Shown here in pieces: positions 7,011-16,333 of a DNA stretch of 64,000 nt (positions are counted from its first letter, which is position 1; each line of letters begins with the position of its first letter). The stretch is from Polyangia bacterium. GTDB lineage: Bacteria; Myxococcota_A; Polyangia; JAAYKL01. The DNA lies in NCBI GenBank assembly GCA_050287845.1, contig JBNKCR010000055.1, positions 1-64,000 of the forward strand, written 5' to 3'. The notes under the pieces are model-generated. The model was not told the DNA's origin. It saw nothing but the letters and a program-made list of their open reading frames with translations, and made no database searches. Position numbers and translations under genes: made by a program.

Positions 7011-9642
7011 ACGGAGCAGAGCCATGACAAAGACATTTGATGCGATCATCGTGGGCAGCGGACTGGGCGGATTGACAGCTGCGGCCACATTGGCGGGCAA
7101 TGGATATAAAGTGGCAGTGTTCGAACGCCACAGTCAGCCCGGTGGCTACGCCACCACTTTCGTGCGGGACAACTTTGAATTCGAAGTATCACTGCATGCC
7201 ATGAGCGGCATTGGCACCCCGGAAAACCCCGGCCCCCTGTATTCATTTTACAGGGAGCTGGGCATCATGGATCGGGTAACGTTCATTCCCATGCCAGACC
7301 TGTACCGGACCATTGCCGATGGGGTCGATATTACGGTGCCCCGCTCTCCGGAAGCTGCCCAATCCGTTCTGGTGGAGGCGTTTCCACACGAGACAGAGGG
7401 AATCCGTCAGTTTATCGGGCAGATCATGACCGTGGGAGAAGAAGTGCAACTCATCCGGGAAGGCGGATACTCCACCAGTCCGTTACCGACGCTGGCGCGA
7501 TTTCCCAGTCTCGCCCATGCGGCCGGCACCACGGTTTCGGATGTACTTGACATGCTGGTCACCGACCCGAAGGTGAAACTGGTGCTCGGACAGCTATGGG
7601 GTTACTTTGGCCTGCCCCCCCGGAAATTGTCGTTCCTGTTGTTTGCCGCAGGGGTCAGCAGCTATCTGAGGTGGGGTTCGGTGACCATTAAAGGAAAAAG
7701 TCAGTCCCTGTCAAATGCCTATGCTGAGGTGATTCGAAAAAACGGAGGAGAAGTGATGCTGTCCGAAGGCGTCCGGGAGATTCTGGTGGAAAACAACCGG
7801 GTAACCGGGGTCATCAGCGACCGGAGTGTGCGATATTTCGCCGACACAATCATATCCAATGCGGACCCGTACAGCACCGTGAATCGACTGATGAAGCCCG
7901 AGCACGTTTTGCCAGGTTTCAGAAGGCGGCTGGAGGCCGCAGAACCCAGCGCGGGAACAGTCACCCTTTATCTGGGGCTGAACCGATCATCCCGGGAAGT
8001 GGGCATTGACAACCACGAACTGTACATCAACCTCACCGACGACATGAACGAACAATGGAAACGATGCACCTCCCTCACCACCCCGGGAGTGGTATCCGTA
8101 TGTGCGTATGATGTGTCGAACCCGCACTTCGCGCCGGCAGGTAAAGGTGTGGTTGCCATTACCGTTCTTCAGCAGGGGGCCCCCTGGACCGCCCTCAGCG
8201 ATGAGGGATACGCACTGGAAAAGGAACGCCACGGTGACATGCTGCTTCGCATTGTATCCCACAAGTTCCCGAAATTGCTTGATGCAGTTGAAACCCGGGT
8301 GGTCTCCACGCCAGTCACCAATGTGCGATACACCGGTAATTCACAGGGAGCCATTTACGGATTTGCCAACACGCCTGAGGAGAATCCCGGATTTCGGATA
8401 AACAATCGCGGCCCGGTGAACGGACTCTGGTTCGCCGGCGCGTGGACCCGGCCCAGCGCGGGGTATCAGGGGGTGATTACTTCCGGATACAATACAGCCA
8501 CCGATATCATGGCGCAGTGGGGACACAGAAACCAGTTGCCGTACGGAGTCAGCTGTGAACGCCCGGCCAGCACCGCAACGCTGCCACGCCGATGGCAAGG
8601 CTGGAAACTGTTGTTCCGCGATGGAAAACGCGTGGGCCAGGTGGTTCGCTCCAAATACCGCAAATACAGCAACGAACCGATGGCGACGGATTTTGTGAGC
8701 ACGTATGACCGCTCCGCCCGCTTTCATGCAGAGAACCGCCAGATGACCGTGGTATCGAGATACCTGGAAACCAGCGACACAGTGACATTGCGTCTGTTCG
8801 CTGAAAATGCCCGGAAACTGAAATTCAGGCCGGGCCAGTATGTGGATATCACCGCAGATATTCGGGGAGAACGGGTAACCCGGGCATACAGCATTTCGTC
8901 GGCCCCGTCCATGGACGGTTGCATGGAGATTACCGTAAAGGCGCAGACGGGAGGTACAATGTCCCCATGGCTGGTCAACGATGTTCGGGTGGGAGATACG
9001 TTGGCCGTCACCGGACCATTCGGAGATTTTGGCTGGGCACCTTCCCGGGACACGGCGGATCTGGTGCTGGTGGCGGTAGGCAGCGGCATCACGCCGATGA
9101 TGAGTATGCTCCGCGAGTTGGACGGCATGCCGAGCGCGCCGGATGTGCACCTCATTTATGGGTCGCGCAGCGAACGGGAGATCATTTTCAGACACGAGCT
9201 GACGGAGTTGGCATTGCGGAATCCCAACATCCGCGTCACCCATGTGCTGTCCAGGCCGTCGGTGTTCTGGCCAGGTCACCGGGGTCGCATTTCGAGGGAT
9301 ATGGTGCTGGAGATGCTGAATGAACGGCTGGATCGCAAGACCTTTTTCGTCTGTGGCCCATCGGCCATGTACAGACCCCTGGTCGAAACCCTGAGCCAGT
9401 ATGGCGTGCCTGGTCGTCAAATTCGATTCGAATCTTTCAACACATTGGATTCTCAGGATAAAAAGCCGATGTTCAAAATTTTCAGAAGCGAAATGTTCCA
9501 TAATGCAACGGCATCGTCAGTGAACGCTGAACCCAATATTCCCGTACTCTGCCACCTGGCGGAAAATCCATCGTTACACACGTCATTCAGAACGGATTAC
9601 CGGACCAGTTTGAACTATTCCAGCATTCGGTACAGACATTGA
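7003..9642 (+). CDS. Fusion of a phytoene-desaturase/retinol-reductase-like flavoprotein (COG1233-like) with an FNR-type FAD/NAD(P)H oxidoreductase
   Basis: N-terminal GSGLGGLTAA…ERHSQPGGYATTF…GAIYGF…GLWFAGAWT. C-terminal FRPGQYV, RAYSISS, GPFGDF, AVGSGITPMMSM, YGSR and FVCGP…FESF. Alternative start at 7024. Confidence 0.85.
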   Translation: MHERSRAMTKTFDAIIVGSGLGGLTAAATLAGNGYKVAVFERHSQPGGYATTFVRDNFEFEVSLHAMSGIGTPENPGPLYSFYRELGIMDRVTFIPMPDLYRTIADGVDITVPRSPEAAQSVLVEAFPHETEGIRQFIGQIMTVGEEVQLIREGGYSTSPLPTLARFPSLAHAAGTTVSDVLDMLVTDPKVKLVLGQLWGYFGLPPRKLSFLLFAAGVSSYLRWGSVTIKGKSQSLSNAYAEVIRKNGGEVMLSEGVREILVENNRVTGVISDRSVRYFADTIISNADPYSTVNRLMKPEHVLPGFRRRLEAAEPSAGTVTLYLGLNRSSREVGIDNHELYINLTDDMNEQWKRCTSLTTPGVVSVCAYDVSNPHFAPAGKGVVAITVLQQGAPWTALSDEGYALEKERHGDMLLRIVSHKFPKLLDAVETRVVSTPVTNVRYTGNSQGAIYGFANTPEENPGFRINNRGPVNGLWFAGAWTRPSAGYQGVITSGYNTATDIMAQWGHRNQLPYGVSCERPASTATLPRRWQGWKLLFRDGKRVGQVVRSKYRKYSNEPMATDFVSTYDRSARFHAENRQMTVVSRYLETSDTVTLRLFAENARKLKFRPGQYVDITADIRGERVTRAYSISSAPSMDGCMEITVKAQTGGTMSPWLVNDVRVGDTLAVTGPFGDFGWAPSRDTADLVLVAVGSGITPMMSMLRELDGMPSAPDVHLIYGSRSEREIIFRHELTELALRNPNIRVTHVLSRPSVFWPGHRGRISRDMVLEMLNERLDRKTFFVCGPSAMYRPLVETLSQYGVPGRQIRFESFNTLDSQDKKPMFKIFRSEMFHNATASSVNAEPNIPVLCHLAENPSLHTSFRTDYRTSLNYSSIRYRH

Positions 9643-9717
9643 AGTAAGTCCGCGCTAAAAAAAGTTCCTCAATTTTTATCATTTCAACTTACACAAATCG
9701 ATTCACCTGCCGTTTCA

Positions 9718-12606
9718 TTGTGCATGACAGTGCTCGAGCCAAAATTTTCCAACGGCGCAGTCGGGGTGGCCTTTCTGGATCCTGAACAGACCGGTACCAT
9801 TCATCTGACGGTGGCGCCGGAAACCGGAGCCATTGTGTTGGCGGAAGCGCATCCGGTACGTCTTCGGGGCGACAATGTGCCCCGGGAAATACTTGATGAG
9901 CTGGGAAACACGGCCACGGCACTCATTTCAGAATATGTGTCAAACTATCTGTCGAACGCAAATGCCAATAACAACAACGTTACGGCCGAAGATCCCGCGT
10001 TCAAGAATCTGCTGGGGCAGTCCATTTCGGGGCTCGATCAGATGCTCATCGATACGGTGAGTGACAAAGCCAATCTGGCCGCCTACCGGATGGATGACAG
10101 TACCCAGCAGTTTAAAATAAAATCTTCGGCACCGAACAGTCTGCTCAGCAAAATCACCAACAGTCTCGAAGCCATAGTGTATTACGACGGTGGCATCCAT
10201 ATTTCCCACCGGGGTGAATCCCAGCAGTACCTGGTCGGCAGCAAACGGGTGCAGAAACTGACCAAAGATCATATTGCCGGTGGATTGTTCAGTAAAATCG
10301 GGGATCTCGGAGATTTTATTCCCCAGGTTCACACGAATACTCTGCCAATGAATACCCGGGACCTGCTGGTCATTTTCTCGAAGGAAGCCGCGCTGTCGAG
10401 TTTTCCAGTGAACCAGCTCTCCCAGTGGCTTGGAGATGGTGATCCCGTGGAACAGGCGCAGCGGGTTGCAGGTGAACTGTACAAATTGGGAAAACGTCTC
10501 GGATGCGTTGTTGTTTTCGCTCCGGGGCACGATGGTGGCAGTAGTGACGACATTGTATCTAAAGGAATGTTCTCATTAATGAATCTGGCAAATTTGGAAA
10601 GAGGCCATACAGGGGAAGTAGCTGTGATAAACGAAACAAACACCGATGAGTCTGAAAAGGCTTCGGTTTCAACAGCGGCGGCTCGAACCGCCAGAAAATC
10701 CGGGGCCGGCAGTACCAAATCGGGGGCGAAGAAGCGAAACAGCTCTCTGAAACTGGGGTCCAGGCCCAGTCTGACCGCAGAGCGGACCACACCGTGGACA
10801 ACCACGCCCGAGCCATTGGAATCCCGTGCTCCGAAACGACGTTCCCTGCTGTCATCCCCGACAGAACCGGACAGCAGCACCATTGAAGCCATCTCAAAAG
10901 CGGTCATGGACCAGATGGCCGAAAAGATGAATATCGATGCGGTATCCGGCGACCTCATGGAGAGGGTGACCACGTCGATGGAAGAGCTGGAAACGCAGAT
11001 TCACGCGGATGTGAACGAGCGCCTCTCCAAAATGCGCAAGGATATTCTGTCCCGGGCTGCTAAAGACGTTGAAAAAAAGCTGCAAAACTGGGCTGACGAA
11101 AAGCTGACGGAGCTGGAAGGCACGATGATGGTGCAGTTTCAGGATGATCTGACGGCGATGGAAATGCGTCTGAGCGCCATGATGGGAAAAGTGGTTTCCG
11201 GATTACGGGCGGAATTTATCAATCAGCCTCCGGAGGCCACAGCAACCCGGCCACCAATGGATCAGTCCCCGCAGGACAACAGCGATAACGCACCGGAGTT
11301 GCCCCCGGAGTTGCAGAGTAAATCACTGAATGACACCGACGAGCTTGAAATTCAGGAACTGCAGACCGTGGAAAACGATGATATTCAGTTCTCAACCATT
11401 CCGGGCGCCATCTTCGGTTCGTCGCGACCACCGGATAAGCCCAAAAAACTGCCATCGCGGAGTCGGTCGATGCCGCTGCCAGTGACGGACGTACCGTCAG
11501 TGAACAATACACTGCCCGCGCCGCCGGTATTTCAACCCATTGCGTCCGATGACACCCTCAGCCGGGTACTCGATGCGGCATTGCCCGATGAGGAGATTAC
11601 CGCAGTGGGGTCTTCGAAGGAAATCGAGGCCCTGACCAATCAGGCGGCGGTGCCATCGACACCTCCCACCGAGCCCCGGGAAGACCGTCGCATTCCCGCT
11701 CACGCGCAACAGTCCACAGGCGCTGACCACAGCGCTTCGGGCACCGATGGCCTCTCTTCGATTTACACCATACCGCCTTCGCGGAAAACCCGCATCGGGA
11801 TAACGGTGGCCATCGTTCTGCTGCTGATTGGGGCTGGCGTATTCCTGCTTTTATCCCCGTACTCGCCGGTATCATTTTTCAAATCCGATTCAACAGCCGG
11901 CACTGCGCCTGCCCCGGAACCATTGACCAGTGCGGAGCCGATGAGCCCGGCTCCCGCAGAACAGGCACAACCCGGTGCGGACGAATTGGGTGAAGAATCA
12001 CAGGCAATCCAGACCGCCGGCGGTGTTCCCGGTTCATCTGATGCAGTCGCAGATGACAATAGAGCGGCCGTTGACGAAACAGCTGCGCCCGATGACGTTA
12101 ATGCGGAGACCGCAGCGGGCGATGACGACGATGAAACGCCTGCGGAAGTGGACGAAAGCCCCCCCAGCAACGGGAGAGCGGATGACGCGGATGACGCGCC
12201 GATACCCGCAGAATCGCCATACAACATCGTTCCCGATGCCGGCATGAACGTGTCCGCCCTGTATGACCGCGGCATGGAACTCTATAACATCGGTGATTCA
12301 GGCAAAGATGACGGCAAGCGCCTGACCAGAGAAGAAATCAGAGAAGTGCTCACATCGGCGTTGGAACACTTTAAAAAGGCCACCCACCGTAAACGGGATG
12401 TCCCCAATAACCTCTGGTACGTCAAAGGCCGCGCAGAATACAATCTGGCCAAAATCGAACGCTCAAAAGATCAGCGGAAAACATACGCCAGAGCCGCCCT
12501 GAAATCCTATTCGCGCTATATGGATGAAGCCAAATCCATCTCAAAAGCCAAAGAAAAAACCATCAAAAGAAATCGGAAAAAGCTCAAAGCAATGGCGAAA
12601 GACTGA
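9718..12606 (+). CDS. Large bitopic membrane protein: degenerate PP2C-like domain, coiled coil, Pro-rich linker, one TM helix, acidic linker and a C-terminal TPR-like domain
   Basis: 962-aa ORF (ATG alternative at 9724). TM segment IGITVAIVLLLIGAGVFLLL. RDLLVIFSKE…LSQWLGDGDPVEQAQRV…CVVVF echoes a PP2C C-terminus without the DG/DN motifs. The C-terminal LYDRGMELYN…ALEHFKKA…WYVKGRAEYNL is TPR-like. Confidence 0.6.
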   Translation: MCMTVLEPKFSNGAVGVAFLDPEQTGTIHLTVAPETGAIVLAEAHPVRLRGDNVPREILDELGNTATALISEYVSNYLSNANANNNNVTAEDPAFKNLLGQSISGLDQMLIDTVSDKANLAAYRMDDSTQQFKIKSSAPNSLLSKITNSLEAIVYYDGGIHISHRGESQQYLVGSKRVQKLTKDHIAGGLFSKIGDLGDFIPQVHTNTLPMNTRDLLVIFSKEAALSSFPVNQLSQWLGDGDPVEQAQRVAGELYKLGKRLGCVVVFAPGHDGGSSDDIVSKGMFSLMNLANLERGHTGEVAVINETNTDESEKASVSTAAARTARKSGAGSTKSGAKKRNSSLKLGSRPSLTAERTTPWTTTPEPLESRAPKRRSLLSSPTEPDSSTIEAISKAVMDQMAEKMNIDAVSGDLMERVTTSMEELETQIHADVNERLSKMRKDILSRAAKDVEKKLQNWADEKLTELEGTMMVQFQDDLTAMEMRLSAMMGKVVSGLRAEFINQPPEATATRPPMDQSPQDNSDNAPELPPELQSKSLNDTDELEIQELQTVENDDIQFSTIPGAIFGSSRPPDKPKKLPSRSRSMPLPVTDVPSVNNTLPAPPVFQPIASDDTLSRVLDAALPDEEITAVGSSKEIEALTNQAAVPSTPPTEPREDRRIPAHAQQSTGADHSASGTDGLSSIYTIPPSRKTRIGITVAIVLLLIGAGVFLLLSPYSPVSFFKSDSTAGTAPAPEPLTSAEPMSPAPAEQAQPGADELGEESQAIQTAGGVPGSSDAVADDNRAAVDETAAPDDVNAETAAGDDDDETPAEVDESPPSNGRADDADDAPIPAESPYNIVPDAGMNVSALYDRGMELYNIGDSGKDDGKRLTREEIREVLTSALEHFKKATHRKRDVPNNLWYVKGRAEYNLAKIERSKDQRKTYARAALKSYSRYMDEAKSISKAKEKTIKRNRKKLKAMAKD

Positions 12607-12715
12607 ATCCTCTCAACCGCGCGAGACGCCGTCGCTCCTGCCCACACAACGAATTTGCATCTCAGGGTCGCTCAAAATATATCCGGCCAGATCTCCTCAA
12701 AAATTTCTTTTTTGC

Positions 12716-12740
12716 GTAACGTTTTTCAACCAGCTGCGTA
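12716..12740 (+). promoter_or_regulatory. Candidate ECF promoter GTAAC-N16-CGTA for the spondin-ECF-antisigma operon
   Basis: GTAAC at 12716-12720, a 16-nt spacer, then CGTA at 12737-12740. The same arrangement (TTAAC-N16-CGTA) heads the decayed paralog at 54703-54727 on the minus strand. Confidence 0.6.
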
Positions 12741-12794
12741 CTCCCCGCAGATGCCGAATGACCGGCCAAATTTCAATACAGGGAGAAAGCAATC

Positions 12795-14312
12795 ATGAAA
12801 AGCAAATCAATACAATTGTCTGCAGTCTGGGTTCTGGCCAGTATTCTTTTAATGGCCGGATGTGACACAACCACCGGGGATGACGACGAGAATACTTCGA
12901 TGGATACGTCAATGGACACCTCGATGGATACTTCTATGGATACTTCGATGGATACCTCCATGGATACCTCCATGGACACATCAATGGACACCTCGATGGA
13001 TACTTCTATGGATACTTCGATGGACACATCGATGGACACATCAATGGGGACGGAGACCATGATGTCAAAAACGTTTACCGTGACGATTGAGAATGTCTCC
13101 GACGAACTTTCCCTTGGCGCTTCCGGCGTTTTTGCCGTCCCCGACGGGGCTGCTGATGCGGCGCCGGCATTTCCGGGCGATAAATATATGTTTTCATTTT
13201 ATGCGGAAATGGATGATCGCCTGAGCCTTGCCACCATGTTTGTGCACTCCAATGACTGGCTCATTGCAACCCCCGAGGAGGGAATCGCTCTGTATGACGA
13301 TGACGGGATGCCGGTGACCGGCGATATAACCATGTATCTGGGATTGTACGACGCGGGAACGGAAGCGAACCAGCCGGTTGGCGAAGGAATGGATCAGCCC
13401 GTGCACCAGAGTGGTCCCAACACCGGCGCAATGGACGAGAATCAGATGGTTCGCATGTTGACGCCGATGGACGTGGGAGCGCCGGAGGTGAGTGATGTGG
13501 TGACCGCTTCGCTTAATTATGCACAGGGAATGTTCACCGCTACCATTGAAAATGTTTCGACAGATATGACAATTACTCTTTCTGACATGAGCACCACCGC
13601 CGCGCCGATTTCCCCCGGGGTATTTGCGGTGCACAAAGCAGGGACGACCCCGCTGTTTGAAACCGGAATGAACGATGCGGGAGTTGGGCTGGAAAACCTG
13701 GCCGAAGATGGTGATCCGGGCACACTTGCGACCCATCTCTCCATGCTCACCGGCCCGGCCGGTCCAATTGCCCCCGGTGTATTCGTGGTTCATAATGGCA
13801 GCATGTCGCCGATTTTCACCAATCATCAGATGGATGCGGGACACGGTCTCGAGTCGCTGGCCGAAGATGGAAATCCCGAAATGCTGGGCACCTATCTGGC
13901 GGGGATGAGCGACCCGGGCGGCATTTTCAATACACCGGTCGGAAAAACCGAAGCCGCGCCGGCCTTTCCCGGTGAAGCCTACCGTTTTTCCTTTGATGCC
14001 ATGGACGGTGATTATCTGAGTTTTGCATCGATGCTTGTAAAATCCAACGACCTGTTCTTTGCACCATCGGATATGGGACTGCCCCTGTTCAGCGACGGCA
14101 TGCCGGTTTCCGGGGATGTGACGGAAATGGTCTATCTGTGGGATGCAGGTACCGAGGTGAATGAGGCACCCGGGTTCGGTCCAAACCAGCCAATCAACCA
14201 GACAGATGCAACCATGCCCACCGAAGAGATGGGCCATGTGATGATGGTGGATGACGGATTCTTCTATCCCGCAGTAAACCGTTTTCTGAAAGTGACAATC
14301 AGCGTAGAGTAG
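12795..14312 (+). CDS. Met-rich lipoprotein with two spondin_N-type domains
   Basis: Lipobox LMAGC and a (MDTS)12 tract. Duplicated motifs LSLATMFVHSNDW/LSFASMLVKSNDLF, YDAGTE/WDAGTE and LENLAEDGDP/LESLAEDGNP. Confidence 0.85.
   Translation: MKSKSIQLSAVWVLASILLMAGCDTTTGDDDENTSMDTSMDTSMDTSMDTSMDTSMDTSMDTSMDTSMDTSMDTSMDTSMDTSMGTETMMSKTFTVTIENVSDELSLGASGVFAVPDGAADAAPAFPGDKYMFSFYAEMDDRLSLATMFVHSNDWLIATPEEGIALYDDDGMPVTGDITMYLGLYDAGTEANQPVGEGMDQPVHQSGPNTGAMDENQMVRMLTPMDVGAPEVSDVVTASLNYAQGMFTATIENVSTDMTITLSDMSTTAAPISPGVFAVHKAGTTPLFETGMNDAGVGLENLAEDGDPGTLATHLSMLTGPAGPIAPGVFVVHNGSMSPIFTNHQMDAGHGLESLAEDGNPEMLGTYLAGMSDPGGIFNTPVGKTEAAPAFPGEAYRFSFDAMDGDYLSFASMLVKSNDLFFAPSDMGLPLFSDGMPVSGDVTEMVYLWDAGTEVNEAPGFGPNQPINQTDATMPTEEMGHVMMVDDGFFYPAVNRFLKVTISVE
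12900..13046 (+). repeat. 12-nt coding tandem repeat ATGGAYACNTCN x12 encoding (MDTS)12
   Basis: ATG recurs every 12 nt from 12900 to 13044 with synonymous variation only. Units 2-4 recur as units 8-10 (72-nt period). Confidence 0.97.
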
Positions 14313-14446
14313 CAGGTGCCATGACAGTTCTTTCCCACAGTGCCATTCCCCCATTTCATTCGCTGCCTCCCCTGCGTTTCATCACTGCGTTCGTTGTGAA
14401 CATTCACGCATGGCTGGGGTGGCAACTGGACCGCATCCTCTGCGCC

Positions 14447-15049
14447 ATGAGTCATGCACACACTTCATCCGGCTTGACCGATGAGCAGTTGATGGCCCAA
14501 TATGTGGATGGGTGCGATGGGTCATTTCGCGCGCTGTTCGACCGATATGCACCAAAGCTGTATCGGGCGGCCATACGCCGGGGTCTATCGGAGAGTGAAT
14601 CTCAGGACGCGGTGCAGCAGACATTTGTTCATGTACATCAGGGGCGTGCCGAATTCGATCTTCAGGGGAAGGTGGCACCGTGGATTTACACCATTGGCTT
14701 CAATGTAATGAGAGATTACGGCCGACGGGCCTCGGCGCACTGGCGCATGAAAACGGCGTTGCGCGCAGATCCCATCGCCACGGTGTCCACGGAAGCGCCA
14801 TTGGATGAATCGATGAAAGACGAGTCGCATGGGGTATCAGAGGCAATGATTCAGCGCGCACTGGCGCAGTTGAGCGACGATCAGCGCGAGGTCATCTGGC
14901 TGCATTATTACGAAGCGCTCAGTTTTGTAGAAATAGCCAGAGTGCAGGGAATCAGTTCCGGGGCTGTCCGGGCAAAGGCCCATCGGGGATACGAAAAGCT
15001 CCGAACCATATTGCCGGGGACGCAGCGCAGTAAGGGGGAGTCCCCATGA
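14447..15049 (+). CDS. ECF RNA polymerase sigma factor
   Basis: TDEQLM…FRALFDRY…QDAVQQTF…PWIYTI and region 4 VIWLHYYEALSFVEIA…AVRAKAHRGYEKLR. Start taken at ATG 14447 (the ORF track starts at 14321). Confidence 0.9.
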   Translation: MSHAHTSSGLTDEQLMAQYVDGCDGSFRALFDRYAPKLYRAAIRRGLSESESQDAVQQTFVHVHQGRAEFDLQGKVAPWIYTIGFNVMRDYGRRASAHWRMKTALRADPIATVSTEAPLDESMKDESHGVSEAMIQRALAQLSDDQREVIWLHYYEALSFVEIARVQGISSGAVRAKAHRGYEKLRTILPGTQRSKGESP

Positions 15050-15861
15050 ATGACTGTAAACAGGTAAAAATGGATATTCGACAGGGAAACACAGCCAGGT
15101 GGCACGACCATCTGAGTGGATGTGAAGACTGCCGACTTTTCGCGGAGAATCTACAGCTGTTGTCCTCCCATGGGATGGATACCAGCGATGTATCCGCCGA
15201 TACCCTCACCCATCTGTTCACGCAGATTCAATCCGAGACAAAGCAACCCTCCCTGCGGTTTCGTCTGGCTTCATTGCCCGGTGGTTTTCGTTTCTGGGCG
15301 GGATTCGCGACAGCGCTGCTTGTGGCACTGTTTGTACTGCTGTTCAAACGACGTGTAGACTTCGACATCTATCCCTCATTGCGATACGCGCTTGAACTGA
15401 TTGGAATGGGCGCTGTGCTGATGCTGCATCTGTGGCTGGTCATTCGCCCCGCCCATCGGCCACCGCTTCGCTATGGAAAGCGGCTGGGGTTCACCATGAC
15501 CACCATCATCATCGTGGCGCTGCCGCTGGTGTTGCCTATGGCGCACCAGACCCACCCGAATTCCCTGAACGGAGTCGGAGCGGATCTGTTCTCCGCGGCA
15601 CTGGCCTGTTTTTCGTGGGGCAGCCTGATTGGCGCTGTGCTGGTGGTGGTGGGCGGATTGCTGTTGCGTGGGGGAAAAAAGGCCAGCCGTTTCAATGTTC
15701 CCCTACTCCTTGCGGCAGGAATGCTCGCCCTCTTTTGCCTGCACCTCCACTGCCCCATCGTCCACCCGCTTCATATCGCACTGGGGCACACATCAATCCT
15801 GATTGGTGTGTGGACCGTTGTGCTGATTCGAACCATTGCGCGCCGTACGCCCCGACGTTGA
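15046..15861 (+). CDS. Membrane anti-sigma factor, NrsF/DUF1109-like, with an N-terminal zinc-finger-like motif
   Basis: ATGA overlap with the sigma gene, HLSGCEDC, about six TM helices, and conserved ALACF and LHCP…H…LGH. Confidence 0.75.
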   Translation: MNDCKQVKMDIRQGNTARWHDHLSGCEDCRLFAENLQLLSSHGMDTSDVSADTLTHLFTQIQSETKQPSLRFRLASLPGGFRFWAGFATALLVALFVLLFKRRVDFDIYPSLRYALELIGMGAVLMLHLWLVIRPAHRPPLRYGKRLGFTMTTIIIVALPLVLPMAHQTHPNSLNGVGADLFSAALACFSWGSLIGAVLVVVGGLLLRGGKKASRFNVPLLLAAGMLALFCLHLHCPIVHPLHIALGHTSILIGVWTVVLIRTIARRTPRR

Positions 15862-15879
15862 ATCCTGCGTCCGGCACTC

Positions 15880-16241
15880 CCCTGTCGATAGACGATACAT
15901 TAAGACCACATCATCAGGCCGTCACTCTGGGGCGTCAGGCACTGGATATGGTCAAAACCGATGCGGAGTCGATACGGTTGGTGGCGATTCTGCTGTTTCA
16001 TCCTGGAGACATCGAAAAGAAAACCGGGGGTTCTGCAGAGTACATGCGCCATTACGATGAAAGTGGCCGCATGCTGCAGGGACTGCTGGAACAGTCGCCG
16101 TTTGATACCACCGTCAAAAAAAATATCGCTGTTGTACTTGAACGAAAAGGAACCGAACCGAGCCTTCCGCGCAGAGCGGGACTGCAAGGTATAATCTCAA
16201 ACACACTGAAATCATTACGCAATTTTTCGCGATTCATTTGA
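15880..16241 (+). pseudogene. Orphan TPR-protein fragment
   Basis: VAILLFHPGDIEKKTGGSAEYMRHYDESGRMLQGLLEQSPFDTTVKKNIAVVLERKG resembles the 'LAVSL.KLGD…EA…YE.SL…L…P…RDLAVSLE.LG' TPR unit. There is no convincing start. Confidence 0.45.
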
Positions 16242-16333
16242 CACCAATTGGTAATGACTTGGCTCTTATGTCCCAAAATTCATTAGACGAATATTGATAA
16301 GAAATTGAAATCATGGAAAACAAGGAGTGTTGA

